Shown piece by piece: positions 25,927 to 37,389 of a DNA stretch of 64,000 nucleotides. The DNA lies in assembly GCA_030390025.1 (NCBI GenBank), contig JASTWF010000036.1:4032001-4096000 (forward strand), read 5' to 3'. Below the pieces are notes generated by a model. It was not told the origin of the DNA and ran no database searches. It saw only the letters and a program-made list of their open reading frames with translations. Within the stretch, counting starts at the first letter, position 1, and every line of letters starts with the position of its first letter. A program made the translations under genes and the position numbers. The stretch is from Squalus acanthias (lineage: Eukaryota).

Positions 25927-26384
25927 GTGGCTCAGTGGGTAGCACACTCACCTCTGAGTCAGAAGGTTGTGGGTTCAAGTCCCACTCCAGAGACTTGAGC
26001 ACAGAATCTAGGCTGACACTCCAGTGCAGCATTGAGGGAGTGCGGCACTGCCTGAGGTGCCATCTTTTGGATGAGATGTTAAACCGAGGCCCCGTCTGCC
26101 CTCTCAGGTGGATGTAAAAGATTCCATGGCACTATTGCGAAGAAGAGCAGGGGAGTTCTCCCTGGTGTCCCGGCCAATATTCATTCCTCAACCAACATCA
26201 CTAAAACAGATTATCGGATCATTACCACATTGCTGTTTGTGGGAGCTTGCTGTGCGCAAATTGGCTGCCGCGTTTCCTACATTACAACAGTGACTACACT
26301 CCAAAAAAAGTACTTCATTGGCTGTAAAGCGCTTTGAGATGTCCTGAGCTCGTGAAAGGTGCTGTAGAAATGCAAGTCTTTCTT
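25927..26384 (+). mobile_element. Deu-domain SINE, full length
   Basis: Head, core and tail present. Confidence 0.88.
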
Positions 26385-26679
26385 GACACGTACATAGTCT
26401 TAGCAGCACAGGAACCATCATGTTCCACACAACACCCAGTCATCTCCATCTGTACTCCTCCTTGTAACCCTTAGTCCCATTCCGAAAAAGATATTTATCT
26501 GCTCTTTTTAAAGGTATTCGTTCACACAGCATTAAACTGTTTGCTGTGAGTCCACCAAATCTACTGCACATGGGAGAAGAATCTCCATTTCTTAAGCCTT
26601 CCTCGAAGCGTGTTCATCCTTGTTTCATGTCCTCCAGTTTTGTGCTCACAGTCCAATTTAATTAACATTACAGTACATC

Positions 26680-26812
26680 ACAAGGCATCAAGGGGTATGG
26701 GGAGAGAGTGGGAATATGGTATTGAGATAGAGGATCAGCCATGATCATATTGAATGGCGGAGGGAGCAGGCTCGAATGGCCTACTCCTGCTCCTATTTTT
26801 CTATGTTCTATG
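26680..26812 (+). mobile_element. CR1 3' tail fragment
   Basis: Nearly identical to 4243-4380. Confidence 0.8.
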
Positions 26813-27965
26813 TGATTATAGAAGCTTGTACCCAGTCACCCTCAAGAAAAAAGGGAGCAAAATCGGGCGGAGTGTAAAACGGGCATCGGACCCGAACCTG
26901 TCTTGTTCCCGTTGGGTGGGTTAGGTCAAAATCGGGGCATCTCCAAAACAAAAACCACCGTGTGAGTTTGCGGAACAAGCTCAAGGAGCGAAATGGCCTA
27001 TGTTCCTATGTTCCTACATGTGCCAGACCAATCTATAAAACTGATACCATGTCCATTCATCCTCAAGATCATCTCGTAGCCTTCTTTGGCTAAGAGATGA
27101 CCTTAATGGTACCTCCAATAGCCACGTGCCATTGTCAGTCCAGTACAAAAAGGTACAATGAATGTTGATTGGCTGGGAATGCAAATTCGTAACATTTTAT
27201 GATGACATTTGCAACTTTACGGTAGCTGCATCGATCTTTCCTTTGGCCATCTATGCCCACCGTCTTTCTGTCACTGTTGCCCAGTGACACATTTGCTCCG
27301 TATGACTAGCCTTATGGTTCTGTTTCTTCTCCTGTGGTTAGGTTTGGGGATTAGCCAGCAGAGCCGTGAGGTGCAGCTCGCCTGCTAAAACAGAACAGTA
27401 TTATGTCGCAGGAAGGTCGACACTGACACCAAAACATCTCGAGGGTTTCAAGCAAGCTATTTATTTACAGTAACAGTAATGGCTGGCGCTGCACATATAT
27501 TTGTATGCATGTGCTTAACCCTGCTCTAGGTGGTTCTGTACTTGGAGTCAATGAGGTAGATTAGCCAAGTCCATGATGGTAGCAAGGTATTCTGCCCAGC
27601 GCCAAGACGCATTGGAAAATAACCTGCGATTTTCTGTCCATTTGGACGAACCAATGAAAATCCAATACGTGTTGGCAATAGGCGAGCAACCTCAACCCCA
27701 GTGCAGGCACAGAGCATTTAGACTGATGGCTGCTTCAGCTCAGCAATTCACCTTGCTGCAAGGCGCATTCCCGACTCAAAGAAATGGTGATTTGAGAAAT
27801 TACTTTGGACATTGTTGACTGTCAGAGGCCCACAGTAATGTCGAAGAAGAGAGCTGCAGTTACCTCGGCCAGCACCTGAAACTCATAGATTGTGTGAGCA
27901 TGACGCTCCAACCCCTCTCTGAACTTGCCATATAGGTCGGAAAATACTTCTTAAACCTAAATTTT

Positions 27966-28131
27966 GCCCCTGATTTTAACCTAATCCGCCCAGCGGAAAA
28001 TGGGCGGGTTCAGGTCGGACGCCTGTTTTACACCCTGCCTGATTTTATGCTCCATTGAAGTCAACGGGGAGCAAAATTGGGCCAAGTGAACTCATCTTGT
28101 TCCCACCGGACGGTTTAGTTAAGATCAAGGC
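27966..28131. mobile_element. Palindromic MITE-like element
   Basis: Imperfect terminal inverted repeats around a central ctccattgaagtcaacggggag. Confidence 0.6.
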
Positions 28132-29308
28132 TTAATCTCCAAAAAAAGCCATGGTGTGCCAGACCAATCTATAAAACTGATGCCATGTCCAAACATCCTC
28201 AGGGATGCCTCTTTGTCCAGGAGATGACCTTGTGAGCTTCCAGTAACCACGTGCCATTGTCAATTCAGTACCAAAGCGTACAATGAATGTAGAAGCAGTA
28301 GCCAGTTCCATCCCGCATTGTTACTTATTTCACTTCGGAATATATAAGCAGTCTTGATTGCCCCCCACCTCAGAGATCATTGTGATCTGAGTGGTAGCGC
28401 AGTTCTGAAAACGTGCTTCAAAAAGTGCCTCCCGATGTGGAGAAGTAAGTTATTCCACTTGTGACCCACACCTTCGTAAGCCACAAGTGACAGAAATCGT
28501 GGTCGCTGTCAAAGTACGATCCTCTCTGTATATAACCCCCCTGAGAAACCGATTTGTCTTTAATGATGCATTACTATAGAACGGACCTGACGTATTCAGT
28601 CCTACTGAGCTGTCTTTCCGAATCCCGGCTGGAAGCTGGTAATGTGGGCATTGCCTTGGCAACATTAAGATGCATCAGACTTTTCGCAGTTGCAGTCGGG
28701 GTCCTGATCTTTCCTTCACAGCTACTCACACTGCACCAAAGCTGCCTTCTAAGCTGTCAGAAAATCTTTTCACCCTGAGTAAGCATGAAGACTTCATCCC
28801 TTCTCAAAAGGATGGAAGACATTTTGATTTATTTTTCATCTTGGCTTCTACATGTTTTCCTCCTCAGCAAACACTTTCAACTGAAGAGCACGCAAGCAAA
28901 GTCCTTGATAATTGGTTTCAGACTGGTTTCTTCAAAGGGGTCCATGTACGGTTGAACCTTTTCATAGTGAAGTCTTGTTTGCCACGACAACATTCTTTGT
29001 GTAGTACAAATTATTTTGCAATATGATTGAATGTTCCTGACTGATATTTTGATGAATAAGCAAAGAGGTCAAGTTCAGTAACTGTAAACACTCAGCTCAA
29101 CTTCGAATTGCTGCACTCCCGACACTGATTCAAAGAATGATTGAAGACTCTAATCCAGGGAAGGCCCTAAACACTGTCCCTCCTCCCTGTATCCTCACTG
29201 TGTTGAAATCAAGACCCATTGCACTCACTCTAAAAAACAGGGAGATACTTTGCAGAACCTTTCCTCAGGAGATTAAACAAGTTGGGTAGAGTCTATGATA
29301 GAGCAGAT

Positions 29309-29770
29309 GTGGCTCAGGGGGTAGCACCCTCGCCTCTGAGTCAGAAGGTTGTGGGTTCAAGTCCCACTCCAGGGACTTGAGCACATAAAGCTAGGCTGAC
29401 ACTCCAGTGCAGTGCTAAGGGAGTGCTGCACTGTCGGAGGGGCCGTCTTTTGGATGAGATGTTAAACCGAGGCCCCGTCTGCTCTCTCAGGTGGACGTAA
29501 TAGATCCCATGGCACTATTTCGAAGAAGAGCAGGGGCGTTCTCCCCGGTGTCCTGGCCAATATTTATCCCTCAACCATCATAACAAAAACAGATTATCTG
29601 GTCATTATCACATTGCTGTTTGTGGGAGCTTGCTGTGCGCAAATTGGCTGCTGCGTTTCCCACATTACAACAGTGACTACACTTCAAAAGTATTTCATTG
29701 GCTGTAAAGCGCTTTGAGACGTCCGGTGGTCGTGAAAGGCGCTATAGAAATGCAAGTCTTTCTTTCTTTT
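29309..29770 (+). mobile_element. Deu-domain SINE, full length
   Basis: Head, core and tail present. Confidence 0.88.
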
Positions 29771-30071
29771 ACATGGCCTGTGGAAGGAGGCGGGGAGGGT
29801 GCGGGGGAGGCTGAAGGCTTCCTTGAGGGGCCTGGGGGTGCAGGGAAGCACTCCTGCTCCTCCTCCTGGCCCACAAAGAGTGTTAAAAGAGCCAATTACT
29901 TTGGGGAGCCAGTACCTCACGCCTTGTCTCCTACTTGTCCAGGACCGCCTCACCTCCCTCAGTCACCCTTTGCTCCTACAATCTACAGGCTTTTAAAACC
30001 CAGTGTCGCCTACTTCTTCCACTCTTTTCAACCTCCATTGGTTTCCTGCATTATTGTGCCTGGGCCTTTCA

Positions 30072-30205
30072 TTTTTTTTTAAATTCATTCATGGGGGCGT
30101 CACTGGCAAGGCCCCATGAATGAATAAAATGCCCATCCCTAACTGCCCTTGAAAAGGTGGTGGTGAGCTGCCTTCTTGAACCGCTGTAGTCCATGTGGCG
30201 AAGGT
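30072..30205 (-). mobile_element. Non-LTR retrotransposon 3' tail (family of 4025-4793)
   Basis: tgcccatccctaactgcccttgaaaaggtggtggtgagc shared with the other copies. Confidence 0.7.
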
Positions 30206-30221
30206 CTTATTATAGTTTCTT

Positions 30222-30529
30222 GTAGCAGTTTGATACTGAGTGGCTTGCTAGGCCATTTCAGAGGGTAGTTAAGGGTCTGGAGTCACATATAGGCCAGACC
30301 GGGTAAGGACAGCAGATTTCCTTCCCTAAAGGACATTAGTGAACCAGTTGGGTTTTTACAACAATCGGGTAGTTTCATGATCACTGATAAGAACTTTTTA
30401 AGTCCAGATCTGTTTAATTAACTGAATTTAAATTCCCCAGCTGCTGTGGTGAGATATGAACTCACATGCATTAGTCCAGGCCTCTGGATTACTAGCCCAG
30501 CAACATAACCACTATGCTACCGCACCCCT
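30222..30529 (-). mobile_element. Second tRNA-derived SINE family
   Basis: Minus-strand head ggtagcatagtgg (A-box-like) ... gagttcatatc (B-box-like). Confidence 0.6.
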
Positions 30530-30575
30530 AATAATCACAATACTTTTTTTTAAAAAGCACTCTCTATTTCTTCAG

Positions 30576-30710
30576 GATGTGGAGATGCCAGTGTTGGACT
30601 GGGGTGGACAAAAATGAGAAGTCACACAACACCAGGTTATAGTCCAACAGTTTTATTTGAAATCACAAGCTTTCGGAGCGGCTGCTCCTTCGTCAGGTGA
30701 AGTGAAGGAA
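30576..30710 (-). mobile_element. Penelope-like element terminal fragment with a minimal hammerhead motif
   Basis: Minus strand 30700-30663 reads TCAC CTGACGA AGGAGC AGCC GCTCC GAAA GCTT GTGA. Confidence 0.6.
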
Positions 30711-30933
30711 TACGAATCGGCAAAGCATTACGTGGACTCTAAAAACAATCCACAAAAATGACCTGGGATGCAAACCTATCTGGACCACCACGCAACCAAG
30801 TATTCCCAGCCTGGCAGATCACTGGACAATGGGTACATTATGGGCCACTCTCCACTTTCCCCAGATCTTGAGAGGCACAAGCTTAACACTAAACCCCAAG
30901 AGAACACAGACTAACAGACCACCAGAGAACTTT

Positions 30934-31327
30934 CCCACTCCAGCGACTCGAGCACCTAATCTAGGCTGACACTCCCAGTGCTGTGCTGAGGGAGTGCTGC
31001 ACTGTCGGAGGTGCCGTCTTTCGGATGAGACGTTAGACCGAGGCTTCGTCTGCCCTCTCAGGTGGACAGAAAAGATCCCATGGCACGATTTCGAAGACGA
31101 GCAGGGGAGTTCTCCCCGGTGTTCTGGCCAATGTTTATCCCTCAAACAACACCTAAAACAGAGTATTTGGTCATTTATCACATTGCTGTTTGTGGGAGCT
31201 TGCTGTGCACAAATTCCTACATTACAACAGTGACTACACTTCAAAAGTATTTCATTGGCTGTAAAGCGCTTTGGGACGTCCGGTGGTCGTGAAAAGCGCT
31301 GTAGAAATGTAAGTCTTTCTTTCTTTT
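30934..31327 (+). mobile_element. Deu-domain SINE, 5' truncated
   Basis: Starts at cccactccag. Core and tail present. Confidence 0.85.
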
Positions 31328-31402
31328 ACTGTCTCTGGACCATGAACTGCCCACCTCCAATACAGAATTAGACATATTAGCCTAGATTTCCCACTGACCT
31401 AT

Positions 31403-31820
31403 ATTCTCTGGAGTTTAGAAGAATGAGAGGTGATCTCATTGAAAGATACAAAATTCTTAGAGGGCTTGACAGGGTAGATGCAGGGAGGATGTTTCCCCTG
31501 GCTGGGGAGTCTAGAACCAGGGGTCACAGTCTCAGAATAAGGGGTCAGCCATTTAGGACTGAGATGAGGAGAAATTTGTTCACTCAGAGGGTGGTGAATC
31601 TTTGGAATTCTCTACCCCAGAGGGCTGTGGAGGCTCAGTCATTGAGTATATTCAAGACAGAGATCAATAGATTTTTGGATCTTAAGGGAATCAAGGGATA
31701 TGGGGATAGTGCAGGAAAGTGGAGATGAGGTAGAAGATCAGCCATGATCTCATTGAATGGCGGAGCCGGCTTGAGGGGCCAAATGGCCGACTCCTGCTCC
31801 TATTTCTTATGTTCTTATGT
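31403..31820 (+). mobile_element. CR1 LINE 3' fragment
   Basis: MRGDLIERYKILRGLDRVDAGRMFP...RVVNLWNSLP plus 3' UTR and (cttatgtt)n tail. Confidence 0.88.
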
Positions 31821-32522
31821 AAAAGGTCATCTTAAAATTATTTTCCTTACACTGAGTGATTTTATGATTTGTACCAAAAACAACCAATGTGTTCCAGCCA
31901 TGTGTTGGAAACTCAGACCAAATAAAGATTAAATAAGAACAACAGTCTACATTGCAGTATGCCAAAGACAAGAATCCATCTAGCCTTCAAAATAGATAAA
32001 ATGAGACTGGTGGCTGTTTATTAATTTTAGTTTTCATGGCTGAATGGGCCAGGATGAAGGTAAACATGGAACAAGGGAATGCGAGACTCACAAGCTCAAC
32101 TAATCTTGTATTTCTAATGCCACCACATCTTGAACAGGGTCCTCTGTCTGGCAGTGTGAATTGTGCACTGGTTGATTATTGAGAAATCAGGATTGTCACC
32201 TTGCACTGTTTCTACCACAAGAGGTGATTTTCCCTCTTCTTCCTGTAGCACTTGGCAACACAATTTTTTTTTAATGTCTTATTGTGACTCGCTCTCGCAC
32301 CTGTTTTATCTTTTATAGGTTCGGATCTCTGTAGGTCGCACATGCACTATTATTGCAGGGATAGGGGGAAAGTGCGGGGAAGTGGGACTAACTTCGAAAG
32401 AGGCGGCACAGACTCGATGGGCCAAATGGCCTCCTTCTGTGCTGTACTAGTCCATGAGTCTGAACAAGGATTCTCCCCAAAATGTGAACCATCTTTTTCC
32501 TCTCGACCGACTAGCCTGCTGT

Positions 32523-32670
32523 GTATTTCCATGTATTAATATGTATGTTTCATGATGTATTTCCATGTATTAATATGTATGTTTCATGATGTATTTCCAT
32601 GTATTAATATGTTTGTTTCATGATGTATTTCCATGTATTAATATGTTTGTTTCATGGTGTATTTCCATGT
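32523..32670 (+). repeat. 34-bp AT-rich minisatellite, ~4.3 copies (gtatttccatgtattaatatgtWtgtttcatgat)
   Basis: Direct tandem copies starting at 32523, 32557, 32591 and 32625. Confidence 0.9.
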
Positions 32671-33134
32671 TTGTGTCTTGATGTGTTTACCTCTTATTTT
32701 CATTGTACTTTTCTCACCATGGGTGGAGGGGGCGGGGTGGATAAAAACAACAAATATGAGTTTTATTCATAATTAGCAATCAACTGTTTCAGTAAACCCT
32801 CCTGAAGATGGTGGATAGGTCAAAATACTGTTCCAGATTAACTATTCTATTTCCACTTTGTATCTCTATATGATTTCCTCTCCTTTTGCCTCCTTTCAAG
32901 GCTGAACGGCTTGTGTTATTCTAACATTATTGCGATTCTTCAGCCTTGAAAGGAGAGGTATACGAGGTCTGAAGTAGAATAGAAAGTGTTAATCCTGAGC
33001 CCTGTTTTACATTAAACCACAACTGCTACAGGACAAGGGGATGCAGGTACCAATCAGTTAAAAAGCAAGTTCCAAACTGATGTTGGGAAGCAATTCTTCA
33101 CACAAAGAGTGGGTAGGGGAGAGGGGGTAAACAC

Positions 33135-33545
33135 TTTTTTTTTATTGATTCACAGGATGTGGGTGTCGCTGGCAAGGCCAGCATTTATTGCCTATCCCTA
33201 ATTGCCCTCGAGAAGGTGGTGGTGAGCCGCCTTCTTGAACCGCTGCAGTCCGTGTGGTGAAGGTGCTCCCACAGTGCTGTTAGGGAGGGAGTTCCAGGAT
33301 TTTGACCCAGCGACGATGAAGGAACGGCGATATATTTCCAAGTCAGGATGGTGTGTGACTTGGAGGGGAACTTGGAGGTGATGGTGTTCCCATGCGCCTG
33401 CTGCCCTTGTCCTTCTAGGTGGAAGAGGTCGCGGGTTTGGGAGGTGCTGCCGAAGAAGCCTTGGCGAGTTGCTGCAGTGCATCTTGTAGATGGTACACAC
33501 TGCAGCCACGGTACGCCGGTGGTGGAGGGAGTGAATGTTTAAGGT
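33135..33545 (-). mobile_element. Non-LTR retrotransposon 3' fragment (family of 4025-4793)
   Basis: ORF 33198-33551 translation matches 7102-7404. Confidence 0.8.
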
Positions 33546-34067
33546 AAACAATCACTCTTGTGATTAAGAGGTAGTTTGATGCTGTGATGGGGGCGGTGGT
33601 TGTAGGTTTCTATTGAAGGATGAGCTCGATGGGCCAAATGGCCTTTCATCTGTTCTTCCCTTTGTGTTTGAAATTTTATCACCACTTTAAACTAAGCAGA
33701 AGTGGTTCATTAAATAACGTAGAAATCTCCTTTGATCTGTCATAACCGGCTAATGGAAGGATTTGAGGCATTTAATAGAGTAAGACAGAAGATTATAGCT
33801 TACAGCAATTTGACTCTGCTTTTCATACAAAAAAAACATCGAAAACACAATAAATCAGGTAAAGGTTTGCAATCTCAACATTTAAAGAAGGCAATATATA
33901 GAAAACAGTGCAACCAACCTTTCTTTTCAAAAAAATATTTAACTGCACTCCTCTTCTCTGTCGCCATTTGATAAATGATCTGGGCCGTATAGAAAATGGT
34001 TCAATTATATATTTTAAAGCAGGATTTTTTTTTAACAGGTTGTTTGCAGCACTAAAACACACTTTAA

Positions 34068-34315
34068 TTTTTTTTTGTTCCTGGGATGTGGGCATCGCTG
34101 GCAAGGCTGGCATTTATTGCCCATCCCTAATTGCCCTTGAGAAGGTGGTGGTGAGCCGTCGCCTTGAACCGCTGCAGTCCGTGTGGTGAAGGTGCTCCCA
34201 CAGTGCTGTTAGGGAGGGAGTTCCAGGATTTTGACCCAGCGATGATGAAGGATCGGCGATATATTTCCAAGTCAGGATGGTGTGTGACTTGGAGGGGAAC
34301 TTGGAGGTGATGGTG
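34068..34315 (-). mobile_element. Non-LTR retrotransposon 3' fragment, target of the Penelope-like insertion
   Basis: Same family. Sequence resumes briefly at 34910-34924 (aggtgatggtgttcc). Confidence 0.8.
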
Positions 34316-34909
34316 AAATAAAAACAGAAAATGCTGGAAACACTCAGCTGGTCAGGCAGCATCCGTGGAGAGAGAAACAGAGTCAACGTTTCAGGTCGAT
34401 GACCCTTCGTCAGAACTGGAAAAAGCTGGAGATGGAACAGGTTTTTAAGCAAGTGTAGGGGCAGGGAAAGGGGGAGGAGAGGAAAGAACAAAAGGGAAGG
34501 TCTGTGATAGGATGGAAGGCAGGAGAGATTAAATGACAAAAGGGATGATGGTGCGAGGCAAATTCTGCCAGTGCCATTTACACTTCATCTAGAGCCATCC
34601 TTTGTTTCTTAACTTGTCCCATTACCATCTCCTATTGCCTCGCACCATCATCCCTTTTGTCATTTAATCTCTCCTGCCTTCCATCCTATCACAGACCTTC
34701 CCTTTTGTTCTTTCCTCCCACTTTCCCTGCCCCTGCACTTGCTTAAAAACCTGTTCCATCTCCAGCTTTTTCCAGTTCTGACGAAGGGTCATCGACCTGA
34801 AACGTTGACTCTGTTTCTCTCTCCACAGATGCTGCCTGACCTGCTGAGTATTTCCAGCATTTTCTGTTTTCATTTCAGATTTCCAGCATCCGCAGTATTT
34901 TGCTTTTGC
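34316..34909. mobile_element. Penelope-like element as an inverted pair of terminal repeats, with 11-bp TSD
   Basis: Arms 34314-34561 and 34635-34877 are reverse complements. aggtgatggtg is duplicated at 34305-34315 and 34910-34920. Hammerhead-like core in each arm. Confidence 0.75.
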
Positions 34910-35268
34910 AGGTGATGGTGTTCCACCTCCAAGTAAATGCCCATAAACTATCCAGAAAACCCACAACAGAAATCACATGCAGATCGGGCGGTATGTGGGT
35001 TTCCACTGATTGTTTTTTGGGTTGTTTCAGGCAGCACAAGAGCAACCTGATTACCCAGGATCCATTTGATGAACAAAGAAGCAAAAAGCACCCTTTTGGA
35101 AAACAGTAATCTCTTCTATCTGCAGTGTTCCGTTGATAAAGCTCCCATCTTTGGTGTGAGCTGGATAGTTCAGTGCAGGGTTCGAATGCACTTCATTCAC
35201 TCCTCAGACCAACCTCTCCGGTCTCCTGTCCTGAAAACTAACAATGATGGTGACTACAAGGCAGAATA

Positions 35269-35735
35269 GTCAGCCGTGGCTCAGTGGGTAGCACTCTCAC
35301 CTCTGAGTCAGAAGGTTAATGAAGTCCCACTCCAGAGACTTGAACACAACAATCCAGGCTGACACTCCAGTGCAGTGCTGAGGGAGTGCTGCACTGTCGA
35401 AGGTGCCGGCTTTCAGATGAGACGTTAAACCGAGGCCCCGTCTGCGCTTTCAGGTGGACGTAAAAGATCCCGTGGCACTATTTCGAAGAAGAGCAGGGGA
35501 TTTATCCCCAGTGTCCCGGCCAATATTTATCCCTCAATCAACATCACTAAAACAGATTACCTGGTCATTATCACATTGCTGTTTGTGGGAACTTGCTGTG
35601 CGCAAATTGGCTGCCGCGTTTCCTGCATTACAACAGTGACTACACTTCAAAAGTACTTCATTGGGTGTGAAGCGCTTTGGGACGTCCCGAGGTGGTGAAA
35701 GGCGCTATAGAAATGCAAGACTGTCATTTTTTTTA
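35269..35735 (+). mobile_element. Deu-domain SINE, full length
   Basis: Head, core and tail present. Confidence 0.88.
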
Positions 35736-37312
35736 CTCTAGTACACCATATGCTGCCACCTTTTGTGACTGCTTCAGATAGAACGCACTTCTAACCAGAA
35801 AGTCCTCCATCGAGGGGCTTGGATGTGCACTTGGGATGCTCTAACCTGCAGGGCTACGGACCAAGAGCTGGGAAGTGGGATTAGGCTGGATAGTTCTTTG
35901 TTGGCTGGCATGGGCCGAAATGGCCTCCTTCCGTGCTGTAACTTTCTATGATTCTATGATTCTAGTTGTGTCACTTGCCTATTGGGAAAGATTGAATTGA
36001 GAATGGCATGGTTAGATGTGGAACAAAAAAGCTCCCTCTACTCTGCCCCAACAGTCGGCCTCAGGCCCCAACTACAAAACCTCTCCTGACTGCTCCGGTG
36101 TGACATTTGTCCCAGTTGTCACAGAAACCATCACGTGGCTTCTGAGAGCGGATTTGAAAATCACAGGCGCAGGTGTCTGATAACACTCCTGTGAAGCGCC
36201 TTGGTACATTTTACTACATTAAAGGCGCTACATAAATGCAAGTTGTTGTTGTGTATTAAAACCAGACAACATCAGACGCTGTCTATTCACAAAATTTGTG
36301 CAATTTTCTCCAAATTGTTTCCTCCTTGCTGCTGCTCTAACGAAATCGGTGACTTTTGCTGGGGTAGCGTTCCATCGATGGCTACAACCCTCTGGGCCCT
36401 CAGCTATGTGATGTGTAAATGAATATTCACAGGCTATTCAACTATGGGGGACCTCACAACTGGGCCCCATCGTAACCTTTGGCAGCGTTCGCGCAGGCAC
36501 ATTTTCCCACAGAAGCCACTGGAAAGGGAGTGGGAAGTCTGGATGATTTACCCCCACCCCCCCACTGCCTATTCCAGGGATGCTGAGGTCAGGTGTAGCC
36601 CCCCTAGTGTTGTCCCAGTGGAGAACAACCTCAGTCCCATTCTGAGGCCGTCTTGATCTGTGTGGCTCAGTTACTGAATGATTCCAACAGCTGCATGGTT
36701 AAGGGAGGTATGGTGGCACCGTGTGCTGGCATTCCAACACTGTGCGCCATGGAGTAGCAGAACATGGGTCATGCTCATGGTTCACCACCCAAGCCGTTCT
36801 CAATCTGCCACCACGGAGAGGTGCCGTGCAGAGGCTACTTGATTCTCCAGAAGGAGAGGGGAAAATCAGAAAGGGGGCTATCTTGGGCCGCACTCATGGC
36901 CCTCCGCTGGAGGTTTAATGAGCGGCTTTCCTACTTCTCCACCAGCGATGGTGCATGGCGAAGGAAGACGAACGAGAACCAATGATAAGATCAAATACCT
37001 GCTTTCTCAATTGAAATTAAAAACTTTAGGAAGTCCCGAGACTGGAGTTCCAGATCTGAATGAGAAACATGGAGTTAGTTGCTCCGAAATGCAGTGAAAC
37101 TAACTGCATACTGGAGAGAAGCGTCAAGCCTGAGTCCAAATGTCTCTCAGTGTTCATTCCTAACAACTATAGTACTGAAACTCTCAGTCCCACCAAGTCT
37201 CTCATCACAACCTGAGGACTTGTGATCCAATTGTGGTGTTCACTTTGAGAAGGAAAGGACCTTTGCCTTTTTCAGAAGTATTCTCATATATGCAACAGTT
37301 TGAGCTGCAAGT

Positions 37313-37389
37313 GTTAGCTGTGGCTTAGTTGGTAGGGCTTTCACCTCTGAGTGCAGAAGGTTGTGGGTTCATCGTACCCACACCAGAGA
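37313..37389 (+). mobile_element. Isolated SINE tRNA-like head
   Basis: gtggcttagttggtag...cacctctgagtgcagaaggttgtgggttc resembles the Deu-SINE head. Confidence 0.6.

Noticed and set aside
25927..25990. tRNA-like sequences at SINE starts
   Set aside because: These are SINE heads continuing into the Deu core, not tRNA genes.
28450..29040. Overlapping 71-118 aa ORFs in non-repetitive sequence
   Set aside because: No recognisable domain or splice structure. A BLASTX search would be needed to revisit this.
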